A DNA stretch of 64,000 nt from an uncultured delta proteobacterium. Lineage in GTDB: Bacteria; Desulfobacterota; Binatia; Binatales; Binataceae. A program made the translations under genes and the position numbers. Each line of letters starts with the position of its first letter. The first letter of the stretch is position 1. The notes under the pieces are model-generated. The model was not told the DNA's origin and did no database searches. It saw nothing but the letters and a program-made list of their open reading frames with translations. The DNA lies in NCBI GenBank assembly GCA_963842085.1, contig CAWJET010000001.1, positions 576,001 through 640,000 of the forward strand. Reading direction: 5' to 3'. Below, in pieces: positions 22,431 through 32,582 of this stretch.

Positions 22431-22507
22431 ATACGCTATATGTAGTGGCTCCGAAAGTGCGCACTACCATCGGTGGGTTCGTTCCGTCAAAAAATGATTT
22501 TCGCGGG
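22431..22507. repeat. Dispersed ~75-bp element, copy 1 (copy 2 at 58918-58995)
   Basis: ATACGCTATATGTAGTGG...CACTACCATCGGTGGGTTCGTTCCGTCAAAAAATGATTT. Confidence 0.6.
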
Positions 22508-22682
22508 CGAGTGTGGTCAGGCTCAGGTTCGGGGGTTGTACGGTTGCGATGGATGGGGTGCATAACGTTTGTGATAGCACGGCAGGGGCATCGTCGAGGA
22601 GGCTTAATTGTTCATCCCTGAACTAAAATGGCACTGCAACAAGGAGCGCGCGCAGCGCGCGAGCAAGAGACCGGAACCGGCT

Positions 22683-22905
22683 TCGCGTGCGCGAAGCTGT
22701 CCGAGATCCTTCCATCCGCTCGCGCTGCTCGCTTCGTCAGGATGACAACTCGCGTGGGGCGAAGGTGTCCGAGATTCCTTCGACTACGCTCAGGACAGGC
22801 TCTTCCATCCGCTCGCGCTGCTCGCTTCGTCAGGATGACAACTCGCGTGCGCGAAGCTGTCCGAGATCCTTCGTGCCGCTCGCGTTGCGCGCTTGGTCAG
22901 GATGA
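22683..22905. repeat. Cluster of REP-like repeats (GAGATCCTTC...TCAGGATGACA)
   Basis: A 48-bp exact duplication (22709-22756 = 22802-22849) and TCGCGTGCGCGAAGCTGTCCGAGATCCTT x2. Confidence 0.75.
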
Positions 22906-22958
22906 GGATCTGTCTGGCTCGCGCCGATTGCCCACTTGCATCGCCAACTTCACAACTT

Positions 22959-24194
22959 TCAGGCGGCTTTGCGCGCGCGCGGCGTGATGCGCACCGGCAG
23001 ATGCTTCAGCCCGTTGATGAAGTTCGAGCGCAGGCGCTTGACCGGGCCCGTGCGCTCGACCGACGCCACGCGCTTTACGAGTTCCTCGAACAGAATGTTC
23101 ATTTCGAGCCGCGCCAGGCTTGCGCCGAGGCAGAAGTGGGGACCGCCGCCGCCGAACGCGACGTGCTCGTTGGGCTTGCGCCTGATATCGAAGGTGAACG
23201 GGTCAGGAAAAATATCTTCGTCGCGATTGGCCGAGATGTACCAGATGCTGACCTTGTCGCCCGCCTTGAACTTTTGCCCGCGCAGCTCGGTATCGCGCGT
23301 GACGTTGCGGCGAAAGAACATCACCGGCGACGCCCAGCGCAGGATTTCCTCCGTGGCCGACGGCACCAGCGCGGGATCTTCCGCGAGCATTGCGAACTGC
23401 TCGGGATGCTCGATCAGCGCGTGCATCCCGTGCGACATCGCGTTGCGAGTCGTCTCGTTGCCGGCCACCGCGAGCAGCAGAAAGAAGACATTGAAGTCCA
23501 TCTCGGAGAGCCGGTCTCCGTCGAGGTCCGCGTTGAGCAGCGCAGTGACGATATCGTCGCGCGGCTGCTCGCGCCGCTGCCTGGCCAGCTCATTCGAGTA
23601 CATGTACATCTCGATCGCGGCATTCTGCGCCATCTGTTGGCTGACCGCGTACGCGGGATCCTTGCTGCCGATCATCCGGTTGCTCCATTCGAAGAGCTTG
23701 TGCCGATCCTGGTACGGCACCCCCAGCATCTGCGCGATTACCTGGAGCGGAAGCTCGGCGGCGACGTCGGTTACGAAATCGCAATCGCGCCTTTCAATCG
23801 CCGGCTCGAGAATTTCAACCACCATCTTCCGGATATGAGGGCCGAGCGCGTTGATCATGCGCGGCGTGAATCCTCGATTTACCAGCGAGCGGTAGCGCGT
23901 GTGATCGGGCGCGTCCATCGTGAGCATCATGCGGCCCTGCGCCGACAAGTCAGCCGCAGCGTCGGCATCCTCCAGCGCAACCACGCCGCCGCGCGACTGC
24001 TCGGAGGAATAGGTGACGCCGTCGCGGCCCACTTCGACCACGTCGTCGTAACGCGTAATCACCCAGAATCCGGGACCGCCCGGTTCATGATGATGGAAGA
24101 TTGGCGCGTTGTGCCGCAGCCAGGTGAACCATTCGTCGGGAACGCTCTGTTCAAAAACGAGCGGGTCGAGCAGATTGATCTCGCGAGCGTCCAC
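22959..24194 (-). CDS. Cytochrome P450 (CYP125-like)
   Basis: AVAGNETT, EEILRW and FGGGGPHFCLG; GGAGG RBS before GTG. Confidence 0.93.
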   Translation of the reverse strand: MDAREINLLDPLVFEQSVPDEWFTWLRHNAPIFHHHEPGGPGFWVITRYDDVVEVGRDGVTYSSEQSRGGVVALEDADAAADLSAQGRMMLTMDAPDHTRYRSLVNRGFTPRMINALGPHIRKMVVEILEPAIERRDCDFVTDVAAELPLQVIAQMLGVPYQDRHKLFEWSNRMIGSKDPAYAVSQQMAQNAAIEMYMYSNELARQRREQPRDDIVTALLNADLDGDRLSEMDFNVFFLLLAVAGNETTRNAMSHGMHALIEHPEQFAMLAEDPALVPSATEEILRWASPVMFFRRNVTRDTELRGQKFKAGDKVSIWYISANRDEDIFPDPFTFDIRRKPNEHVAFGGGGPHFCLGASLARLEMNILFEELVKRVASVERTGPVKRLRSNFINGLKHLPVRITPRARKAA

Positions 24195-24351
24195 AGCTGT
24201 GCCTCCGAGCCGAAATAGAATGCGTTCCAATGTACCAAGAGTGGCGCAGCGTGCGTCAATCACTCGAATGGACTAGGCCGAGCGCGGCGCCCTGGCTGTA
24301 CAATTGTGGGGCACGATTTTAGAGTCGAGCACACATAGAGGTTCATCAACG

Positions 24352-25482
24352 ATGCATACCGAGCTTTGCGACCGACTGGGAATCGAGTTCCCGATTTTCG
24401 CGTTCAGCCACTGCCGCGATGTGGTGGCCGCTGTCACCAAGTCCGGCGGATTCGGAGTGCTCGGGGCGCTGGCCTATCCGGCGGCTCAACTCGAGTACGA
24501 GCTGAAATGGATCGATTCGCAAGTGGGGGACAAGCCCTACGGCGTCGATATCGTTATCCCTGGAAAGTACGAAGGGATGGGCGAACTCGATCCGATAAAA
24601 CTCGAGCAGCAACTGATCGCGGCGATCCCGCCGCAGCACCGCGCGTTCGTCGATAAAATCCTCGAGCAGCACGGCATCCCCGATCTGCCGGCGGAAGAGA
24701 AAGGCGGCAGCGATCTGCTCGGATGGACGGCGGCCACGGCCGCGCCGCAAATTGAAGTCGCGCTGCGGCATCCCAAGGTCAAACTCGTCGCCAATGCGCT
24801 CGGCACGCCGCCCGCGGACGTGATCGAACGAATCCACAACTCGGGCCGCCTGATGGCGGCGCTGTGCGGCGCGACCAAGCATGCGCTCGCGCAGAAAAAA
24901 GCGGGCGTCGATATTCTAATCGCGCAAGGACACGAAGGCGGTGGGCACTGCGGCGAGATCGGCAGCATGGTGCTGTGGCCGGAGGTGATCGACGCCGTCG
25001 CGCCGCTTCCAGTTCTCGCCGCCGGCGGGATCGGAACCGGCAGGCAGATCGCCGCGGCGCTTGCGATGGGCGCGCAGGGCGTGTGGACGGGATCGATCTG
25101 GCTCACCGTGCAGGAGGCCGAGACGACTCCCGCCCAGCGCGAGGCGTACTTCCGCGCGAGCAGTTCCGACACGGTCCGCTCGCGCTCGTTCACCGGCAAG
25201 CCGGCCCGCATGCTGCGCAACGATTGGACGCAGGCGTGGGAGGCGCCCGACGCACCCAAGCCGCTGCCGATGCCCATGCAATACCTGGTGGCAGCTCCGG
25301 CAGCGGCCCGCGCGCGCCGCTACGGGGAGAAGGGAAACGCGTTGGGCTTCAATCCGGTCGGGCAGATCGTCGGCCGCATGAACGAGATGCGCTCAGTCAA
25401 GGAAGTCGTGTACCAGCTCGTCGATGAATATCTCGCGGCGGTGGAGCGGCTGGACAAACTGAGCTCGACGCAAACGGCCTGA
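24352..25482 (+). CDS. Nitronate monooxygenase family flavoprotein
   Basis: [22 protein letters not shown] and AAGGIGTG. Confidence 0.9.
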   Translation: MHTELCDRLGIEFPIFAFSHCRDVVAAVTKSGGFGVLGALAYPAAQLEYELKWIDSQVGDKPYGVDIVIPGKYEGMGELDPIKLEQQLIAAIPPQHRAFVDKILEQHGIPDLPAEEKGGSDLLGWTAATAAPQIEVALRHPKVKLVANALGTPPADVIERIHNSGRLMAALCGATKHALAQKKAGVDILIAQGHEGGGHCGEIGSMVLWPEVIDAVAPLPVLAAGGIGTGRQIAAALAMGAQGVWTGSIWLTVQEAETTPAQREAYFRASSSDTVRSRSFTGKPARMLRNDWTQAWEAPDAPKPLPMPMQYLVAAPAAARARRYGEKGNALGFNPVGQIVGRMNEMRSVKEVVYQLVDEYLAAVERLDKLSSTQTA

Positions 25483-25513
25483 GCACATCGATAACGAACA
25501 CGGAGAAGCACCG

Positions 25514-26314
25514 ATGAGTGAACAGCCTCATGCGATCGTCGAGCGTTACGGTCACGTCCTGACGCTCACGATGAACCGGCCCGAGGCGCGCAACGCACTC
25601 TCGCCGGAGATGATGGACATCATGTCGAGCACGTGGGACGAGGTGAACTCGAATCCCGACATCCGCGTCGCGATCATCACCGGCGCCGGCGGCGCGTTTT
25701 GCGCGGGCGCGGATTTGAAGGCGATGACTCGAATGCATCCGGGCGACAGCTTTCGCCAGGGCAACGCCGGCGGCTTGAGCGCTGGTGTTATCAAGCCGCT
25801 GCTCAAGGGGTTCCGATTGACGAAACCGCTGATAGCCGCGGTTGAAGGCGCCGCGATTGCCGGCGGTACGGAGATTCTGCAGGCCACCGACATCCGCGTG
25901 GCCGGCGAGAGCGCGCGCTTCGGCGTCTCGGAGGTGCGATGGGGGCTCTTTCCGCTCGCGGGCTCGACGGTGAGACTGCGCCGCCAGGTTCCATACACCG
26001 TCGCGGCCGACATCCTGCTGACTGGGCGACATCTGAAGGCAGCAGAGGCAAAGGAAATCGGGCTAATCGGCTACGTCGTGCCCGACGGACAGGCGCTCGC
26101 GAAGGCCCGCGAACTGGCGGAAACAATCGCGGCTAACGGCCCGGTCGCTGTGCAAGCCGTGTTGCGCTCGATCCGGGAAACTGAATGCGTGCCGGAAGAC
26201 GAAGCGATGCGCGTCGAGAGCAAAATCGGGATGGAAGTTTTTCTCAGTGACGACGCCAAGGAAGGGCCGCTCGCGTTCATGCAGAAGCGCAAGCCCGAGT
26301 TCAAGGGCCGCTAG
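25514..26314 (+). CDS. Enoyl-CoA hydratase (crotonase)
   Basis: [16 protein letters not shown] and AGGTE. Confidence 0.93.
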   Translation: MSEQPHAIVERYGHVLTLTMNRPEARNALSPEMMDIMSSTWDEVNSNPDIRVAIITGAGGAFCAGADLKAMTRMHPGDSFRQGNAGGLSAGVIKPLLKGFRLTKPLIAAVEGAAIAGGTEILQATDIRVAGESARFGVSEVRWGLFPLAGSTVRLRRQVPYTVAADILLTGRHLKAAEAKEIGLIGYVVPDGQALAKARELAETIAANGPVAVQAVLRSIRETECVPEDEAMRVESKIGMEVFLSDDAKEGPLAFMQKRKPEFKGR

Positions 26315-26437
26315 ACACATCGCCTCCAGATGCAGCGGATCTACTGCATTTAGTCGCTCCCATTGAGCCGCTAAGTAATCTAACATCAGTTGCAGGACTC
26401 GCAGGGTCGAATCGCGCGAGCAGGTCCGGAGGTCTGG

Positions 26438-28285
26438 ATGGATTCAGCGGAAGCGAAAATTGCCGGCGGAAGCGCCACTCCTGCCGCGCACACCTCCGAA
26501 CCATTGACTCTCAGGATCAAGCTGCTCTACGGCGCCCCCAGTTTCGCCGGCGCCGCCATGGTCATCCCGATCTTCATCCACATGCCGAAGTTTTACGCCG
26601 ACGTCGTGCTGGTGCCGCTGGGGTATCTCGCGATGGCGATCGCGATCGCGCGTTCGCTCGACGCGCTGAGCGATCCGCTGATGGGCTGGATCTCCGATCA
26701 CACGCACACGCGGCTTGGCCGTCGGCGGCCCTACATGCTGATTGGCGCTCCGCTGTGCGGGGTGGCTTTTTTCTGCCTGCTGAATCCGCCGGCTTCGTTG
26801 ACCGGCGGCCGCGCGGCGCTTTGGTTCGGCGTGACCTTCATCCTTTACTTTATATTTCATACGGTCTATGTCCTGCCGCATTACGCGCTTGGCCCGGAGC
26901 TCACGCAGAACTATCACGAGCGCTCGACCCTGTTCGCGTGGCGCGAGTCTTTCACCATTTTGGGAACGATCGTCGCGTCGGCGGCGCCCGGCGTCATGAT
27001 GAAAGCGCTGCACCTGACCGACCGGCAAGTGTTTTTCCGGCTCGGCATCTTCTTCGGCGTACTACTCACCATACTCTACTGGCTGCTGGTGCTGACCGTG
27101 AAAGAGCGGCCCGACTTCGTCGCCCGCGAATCAAATCCCCTGGTGCCCGGCGTGCGGCGCGCGCTGCGCAACCGCCCGTTCGGGATTCTGCTCGGCAGCT
27201 ACGTCGTCGGGAGCATCGCCGGCGCGATTCCGGCCACGATGATGCCGTTCTTCAACGCCTACGTAATCCGGCCGGACAATCCGACTTTCTGGCTCTCGAT
27301 GCTGCTGCTCGGTTATTTCGCGTTCGGTTTTATCTCGCTGCCGATGTGGGTTTGGGTTGCACGCCGAGTCGGAAAGCTCAACGCGTATCTCGCGAGCTTT
27401 TTTCTCGGCATCACCGGCGGCGGCGCGATGTTCCTGCTCGGGCCCGGCGACACCTGGTGGCTGCTCGTGTTGATTTGCTGGGCGGGTATCGGATTCGGCG
27501 CCGGTTTGTTCCTGACGCCCTCGATGCAGGCCGACGTGATCGACTACGACGAGCTCTACACCGGCAAGCGGCGCGAAGCGCAGTACACTGCGTTCTGGTC
27601 GATGCTGCCGAAGTTCGTTGCGATTCCGAGCGCCGCTGTTCCGATCGCGATTCTCGCCTCGCTCGGCTACATCCCCAACGCCGTGCAGGCGCCGCGCGTC
27701 GTCTTCGCGATTCGGGCGATCTTCGCGCTGGGCCCGGCGATTTGCTCGATGCTTTCTTTCCTGATCGCGCGCAGGTTCCCGATCACTCAGACGATCCATC
27801 GCGCGATTCTCGATGGTATCGCGAGCCACACTCGCGGCGAAGCGGTTCTCGACCCGCTGACTGGGGTGATCGTGCCGCCGCCGAAACCCGGCCCTGACGA
27901 AGACGTCGGCTGGTTCCTCGACTACTTTTCCAGCGGCGAGCTTAAGCGCTATCTGGCCAAAGGCGCGTCGCAGCCGCTGCGCGACGTGCTCACGGTGGCG
28001 GCGATATCGATTGGCGTCTCGGTATTTTCGGTCATTTATGTACTGGATCGCGTCAGCTCGCTGCGCACCGATCCAGGTGCGATGATTTCTCTGATCGTGG
28101 TGACAGCAGGGCTTGCGTTCGCGATATTCGTTTTCCACCTGATGCGCCTTGGACCCGCGCGCCGGCTTGCGGCGGGCGAAGTGCCGGCCGACGTCGTCCG
28201 CGCCCATCTCGGCGAGGTCGCCGAAGCTCTCCGGGAAGGAACTCCCACGCCCGTGGTCGCCGCCAGTGTCACGAGCCGCCGCTAG
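26438..28285 (+). CDS. MFS transporter (GPH/MFS_2 family) with extra C-terminal membrane segment
   Basis: DALSDPLMGWISD..TRLGRRRP and ADVIDYDELYTGKRRE. Confidence 0.88.
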   Translation: MDSAEAKIAGGSATPAAHTSEPLTLRIKLLYGAPSFAGAAMVIPIFIHMPKFYADVVLVPLGYLAMAIAIARSLDALSDPLMGWISDHTHTRLGRRRPYMLIGAPLCGVAFFCLLNPPASLTGGRAALWFGVTFILYFIFHTVYVLPHYALGPELTQNYHERSTLFAWRESFTILGTIVASAAPGVMMKALHLTDRQVFFRLGIFFGVLLTILYWLLVLTVKERPDFVARESNPLVPGVRRALRNRPFGILLGSYVVGSIAGAIPATMMPFFNAYVIRPDNPTFWLSMLLLGYFAFGFISLPMWVWVARRVGKLNAYLASFFLGITGGGAMFLLGPGDTWWLLVLICWAGIGFGAGLFLTPSMQADVIDYDELYTGKRREAQYTAFWSMLPKFVAIPSAAVPIAILASLGYIPNAVQAPRVVFAIRAIFALGPAICSMLSFLIARRFPITQTIHRAILDGIASHTRGEAVLDPLTGVIVPPPKPGPDEDVGWFLDYFSSGELKRYLAKGASQPLRDVLTVAAISIGVSVFSVIYVLDRVSSLRTDPGAMISLIVVTAGLAFAIFVFHLMRLGPARRLAAGEVPADVVRAHLGEVAEALREGTPTPVVAASVTSRR

Positions 28286-28355
28286 TTGATAAGAAATTAG
28301 ACGGTAAGGGGGTTCGTGCCCGCCGCGCGAGTGCTTGCGACTGGAGGATTTGCCG

Positions 28356-29189
28356 ATGCCGTCAATCCCTGTAGTCTCCGCCAACGATTCTCCCGCCAAG
28401 GTCGTCGCGCGCCTGGAGCGCGACGGCGCCGTTGTGGTCACCGGAGTGATCGATCAAACCACTCGCGACGCGCTCGTGCGCGAACTGGCGCCTCATCTCG
28501 AAATCGCCGACCCGAACGCCAGCCTCAACAAAAAATACGCCGAAGACGGTGGAAATCCGGACTTCTATCCCGGCCACACCAAGCGCGTCACCGCGCTGGT
28601 CGCCCGGTCGGAAACCTTCCGCACCTTCGTGACGCATCCGCTGATGCTGTCGGCGTGCGACGCGATCCTGAAACCCAACTGCACGCACTACCAGGTGCAT
28701 GCGACCGCCGCGCTCAAAATCGGTCCCGGCGCGCGAGAGCAAGTACTCCATCGCGAGGAGGATCCGTATCAATTTTTTAGAGTTCCTCGTCCGCGCATGA
28801 TCCTCGCCAGCATGTGGGCGATAACCGATTTCACCGAAGCCAACGGCGGAACCCATATCGTTCCCGGCAGTCATCTGTGGCCCGCAGATCGCACCGCGCC
28901 TGCCGAGGAAGTCGTCGCGGCCGCGATGCCCGCGGGCTCGGTCCTGCTCTGGATGGGTGGCACGCTGCACGGCGCGGGCGCGAATCGAACCGACGAGTGG
29001 CGTTACGGCGTCTTCCTTTCGTATTCGCTCGGATGGCTGCGGCAGGAAGAAAACCAGTACATCGACACGCCCCGCGACGTCGCGCGCACGCTCTCCAAGC
29101 CCGTGCGCGATCTCGTTGGCTACCGGATGCACCTGGGACTCGGCTATGCCGACGTGCAGCCCAGGGATACTCGCGACGGGAGTCGCTGA
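28356..29189 (+). CDS. Phytanoyl-CoA dioxygenase family protein
   Basis: QVLHRE, DFTEANGGT..VPGSH, TLHGAGAN and LRQEEN. Confidence 0.9.
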   Translation: MPSIPVVSANDSPAKVVARLERDGAVVVTGVIDQTTRDALVRELAPHLEIADPNASLNKKYAEDGGNPDFYPGHTKRVTALVARSETFRTFVTHPLMLSACDAILKPNCTHYQVHATAALKIGPGAREQVLHREEDPYQFFRVPRPRMILASMWAITDFTEANGGTHIVPGSHLWPADRTAPAEEVVAAAMPAGSVLLWMGGTLHGAGANRTDEWRYGVFLSYSLGWLRQEENQYIDTPRDVARTLSKPVRDLVGYRMHLGLGYADVQPRDTRDGSR

Positions 29190-30421
29190 TGCGCAAGATT
29201 TCCTATCGCGTGCGGCCCGAGACCGCCGTGCTGACCAGGGGCTTCGACCCGAAGTTGTCGGTCGGCTCGGCCAGGCCGCCGGTCTACCGGAGTTCGACCT
29301 TCGTCTTTCCAAGTCCGGAGGCGGCAGAGCGTGCGTTTCGAATCGTGCTCGGAAAAATCCGTCCGCTCGGCGACGATCGTCCCGACCTGATTTATGCGCG
29401 GCTGAATCATCCCAACGCCGAAATCCTCGAGGAGCAGCTCGTGCCGCTCGAGCGCGGCGCCAATTCCGCCGCCATCTTCAATTCCGGCATGGCCGCGATC
29501 TTCACCGTGATGCTCGCGTTCCTGGAACGCGGCGGCTCGCTCATCTACACCCAGCCTCTGTACGGCGGCAGCCAACATTTGATCCACCAGGTAATCGAAC
29601 CGCTCGGTTTCGACGCGCGCGCAGTGCCCGCCGGCAATACCAAGGCGCTGACCGAGGCGATTGAGCAGGCAAATAATCTAAGCCTGGTTCTGATCGAGAC
29701 TCCCGCCAATCCCACCCTCGTGATGACCGATATCGCGCAAGCGTCCGCCGCGGTGCGCCGAAAACAAAAGCGCGCCTTGCTCGCCATCGACAACACCCTG
29801 CTTGGTCCCACGTTTCAGCATCCGCTGATTCACGGCGCCGACCTCGCGATTTACTCGGCGACGAAGTTCCTCGGCGGATTCAGCGACTTGCTCGCCGGCG
29901 CGGTACTCTCCGCGGATCCTGAATTGATCCAGACGCTGACCGGAATGCGCGCGCTGCTCGGCAACATCCTGCAGGCCGACGAATGCTGGATGCTCGATTC
30001 GCGCCTTTCGACCGTCGCGCTGCGGATGAATCGGCAGAGCAAGAACGCGCAGCGAATCGCCGAGCAGTTGGCCAGGCATCCGCGCGTCAAGCGCGTCATC
30101 TATCCTTCCCTGTTCACCGACCCCGCCCAAATCAGGATTCGCGACGCGCAGACCGACTACCCGGGTTCGCTCCTGTCGCTGGAGGTCGAGGGCGGAAAGA
30201 CCGGCGCTTTCGAATTCCTGCGCCACCTGAAGATCGCCAAGAACGCCGTCAGCCTCGGCGGCGTCGAAACCCTCGTATGCCATCCGATGACGACCACCCA
30301 CAGCGAGTTGTCGCCAGAGGAATTGTCGGCGGCGGGAATCAGCGAATCACTGGTGCGCATCTCGGTCGGCACCGAGCATTGGCGCGATCTGCTCGACGAA
30401 TTCACCCGCGCGCTTGGCTGA
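29189..30421 (+). CDS. Cys/Met metabolism PLP enzyme (cystathionine gamma-synthase / methionine gamma-lyase family)
   Basis: NSGMAAI, ETPANP, DNT, SATKFLGG and VSLGG. Confidence 0.9.
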   Translation: MRKISYRVRPETAVLTRGFDPKLSVGSARPPVYRSSTFVFPSPEAAERAFRIVLGKIRPLGDDRPDLIYARLNHPNAEILEEQLVPLERGANSAAIFNSGMAAIFTVMLAFLERGGSLIYTQPLYGGSQHLIHQVIEPLGFDARAVPAGNTKALTEAIEQANNLSLVLIETPANPTLVMTDIAQASAAVRRKQKRALLAIDNTLLGPTFQHPLIHGADLAIYSATKFLGGFSDLLAGAVLSADPELIQTLTGMRALLGNILQADECWMLDSRLSTVALRMNRQSKNAQRIAEQLARHPRVKRVIYPSLFTDPAQIRIRDAQTDYPGSLLSLEVEGGKTGAFEFLRHLKIAKNAVSLGGVETLVCHPMTTTHSELSPEELSAAGISESLVRISVGTEHWRDLLDEFTRALG

Positions 30422-30449
30422 AGCCTGCGCGAGCCGCGCCACCTGCCGC

Positions 30450-30806
30450 TCAGGTGCGGATCTCTTCCAGACGTCCCGTGTGGTTGTGGATACCCGCGCG
30501 CAAGTGATTGGCGTTGATACCCAAGGTCTCGCAGACCCGGACGAACGCGAACGGGCCGGATTCCTCGTCGGAGCTGAGCCATTCGGCCGCTTCGCGGAAC
30601 TCCGGGTTGTCGCGCGAAGTTGGACCGGCATCGCGATGAGTGAGGTAGCATCGGATGGCATCTTCGAGCACCGCGAAAAGAAGCTTACGCTCACCTTGTG
30701 TGGGCAGCTTCTTGCTGCGCGCCTCGGCGTACTGAACGGGCAAGATGCCTACATTGTGGAATATGCTTGGCAGATCGTCGGACGCCACGTATGTGCTCAA
30801 TTCCAT
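30450..30806 (-). CDS. Small hypothetical protein
   Basis: GGAG RBS; ILPVQY..ERKLLFAVLEDAI...EAAEWL..FAFVRVCETLGIN. Confidence 0.75.
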   Translation of the reverse strand: MELSTYVASDDLPSIFHNVGILPVQYAEARSKKLPTQGERKLLFAVLEDAIRCYLTHRDAGPTSRDNPEFREAAEWLSSDEESGPFAFVRVCETLGINANHLRAGIHNHTGRLEEIRT

Positions 30807-30855
30807 GTTTCTCCGCCTCCACTTCTGAGCCTTCGTCAAAATCTCTTACGCATTG

Positions 30856-30871
30856 AGCAAAACGTCTGCCA
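30856..30871 (-). promoter_or_regulatory. Sigma54 promoter for 30450..30806
   Basis: Minus strand TGGCAGACGTTTTGCT (GG-N10-GC), ~50 nt upstream of the ATG. Confidence 0.7.
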
Positions 30872-30998
30872 ATTGAAGTCTGCTGGCAAAAGGCCACTTT
30901 TTATTAGCCGTTAGCGGCCTCCCGAAGGACCCGGTAAATTTTTCATGACCTGAAGACGCGAGCAGTGCGTACGCAGAACTGCGACATCCGAAAAACGG

Positions 30999-31646
30999 TC
31001 AGGTCAATTTTATTCCGGTCGCGGCTTCGAGTTCGGCAATCGCTTGCGGGCCGCTCTCCACCTTGATGGTTGTCATACCCATGGCGCGAGCGGGTTTGAG
31101 ATTGCCGCCGAGATCGTCGAGATAGACGCACGCGTCTGGCTTGACGCCGAGCTTCTCGCACATCATGAGGTAGATCCGCGGATCGGGCTTGCGGATTCCG
31201 ACCTTTGACGATTCGAGCAGCTCGTCGAACAGTTCCATGATCTCGCGCGAGTAGATCGAGCGGGCGGTGGCGACGGCGCGGGCCGCGTCCGGCGGCATGT
31301 TGTTGGTGATGCAGCCGGTTTTGAACTTGCACTTAATACGCCACAGCGCCTCGATCATCTCGGGCCGGAAGTCGCCGCCCAGGAGCGCAAGGACGTCGCG
31401 GCCCGGTATCTCGTAGCCGAGCATCCTGGCTTCCGCCGCAAAGGCGGCGTCGAAGCCGGCAAAGTCAATCGCCGACCGCTCGAACATCGCCCACGCATTG
31501 TTCTCGTGATTGGTGGAATTGATCTTGCGGATCACGCCGAGCGGGATGCCTCTGTCGCGCTCATAGCGCGCGAAGGCCTCGAACGGCGAGGTCGTGAACA
31601 CGCCGCCGAAATCCCATATCACCGCTTCGATCACGTCAGTCTCCAA
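30999..31646 (-). CDS. HAD-IA family hydrolase
   Basis: WDFGGV, ITNN, RKPDPRIY and YLDD. Confidence 0.88.
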   Translation of the reverse strand: METDVIEAVIWDFGGVFTTSPFEAFARYERDRGIPLGVIRKINSTNHENNAWAMFERSAIDFAGFDAAFAAEARMLGYEIPGRDVLALLGGDFRPEMIEALWRIKCKFKTGCITNNMPPDAARAVATARSIYSREIMELFDELLESSKVGIRKPDPRIYLMMCEKLGVKPDACVYLDDLGGNLKPARAMGMTTIKVESGPQAIAELEAATGIKLT

Positions 31647-31775
31647 TCCTGTCGCTTCCGCACTTTTCGGTTTCCTTGCGCGATCATAATTGGGAACGAA
31701 CTAAACTATTACAAGCGATCGCCAGCATGCAGATCTCCGGGTTGATCGCGGGTCCTGCTATGCTCGCGGTTAGCA

Positions 31776-32582
31776 ATGCGCGTCTTCTCCTTCAGGGTTC
31801 TGTCCTGGAACTTGCACGGACTGGCTTGGCCGCTGTCCAGAGATCCTGACGCCCGAATGAATCGGGTTGGCGCGAAGATTCGCGAATTGGCGCCGGAGGT
31901 TGTCCTGTTGCAGGAGGTCTGGCTCGGCTCGCATCTCTCGCGTCTGACACGTACGCTCCAGCCGGATTGGATTCCAATATGTGTAAGGCGCCGCGTTGGC
32001 GGTCCGCGCGGCGGACTGCTCGCATTTGTCAGCGCTGCTGCCGGATGGCGCGTGCGCGGAGCGCCGAAGTTTCACGCCTTCGCCTCGAGCGCGCCCGCAT
32101 GGAAAGTCTGGGAGGGCGATGGACTTGGCGGGAAAGGTGTTCTGACGGTCGAGCTCGAGCGCGGTGAGGAGCGCATTTGCGCAGTCGATACTCATCTCCA
32201 GGCACAGTATTCCGGCAGCGACTATGCCGCAGTTCGGCAAGCGCAGTTGATCGAGGTGCGCGGGGTCGTTTCGCATCTCGATGCGACGGTACCCGCGATC
32301 GTTGCGGGAGATTTCAACACCGACCCGCACGAGCCGCTCTATTCACACATCGCGGCACTCGGAACGGATCTGACGGCCGAGGCGCGGAAGATATATAACC
32401 GCGGAACGACCGCGAACCAGCGCAATCAACGTGCCGAATGGATTGACTATATAGTCGCGGCAAACTCGCGGGCGTGGACGGCTTCTGCCGACCTCAAGCT
32501 AATCGCAAATCAGCGGGCCGATGTACCCTACTCCGACCACAGCGGTCTCTTCTGCACCATCAGGGGGGCGCTAACGCGCTGA
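31776..32582 (+). CDS. Endonuclease/exonuclease/phosphatase family protein
   Basis: SWN, LQEV, THL, GDFN, IDY and SDH. Confidence 0.88.
   Translation: MRVFSFRVLSWNLHGLAWPLSRDPDARMNRVGAKIRELAPEVVLLQEVWLGSHLSRLTRTLQPDWIPICVRRRVGGPRGGLLAFVSAAAGWRVRGAPKFHAFASSAPAWKVWEGDGLGGKGVLTVELERGEERICAVDTHLQAQYSGSDYAAVRQAQLIEVRGVVSHLDATVPAIVAGDFNTDPHEPLYSHIAALGTDLTAEARKIYNRGTTANQRNQRAEWIDYIVAANSRAWTASADLKLIANQRADVPYSDHSGLFCTIRGALTR

Noticed and set aside
22683-22905. CRISPR array
   Set aside because: The units are nested and irregular, the intervening sequences repeat, and there are no cas genes.
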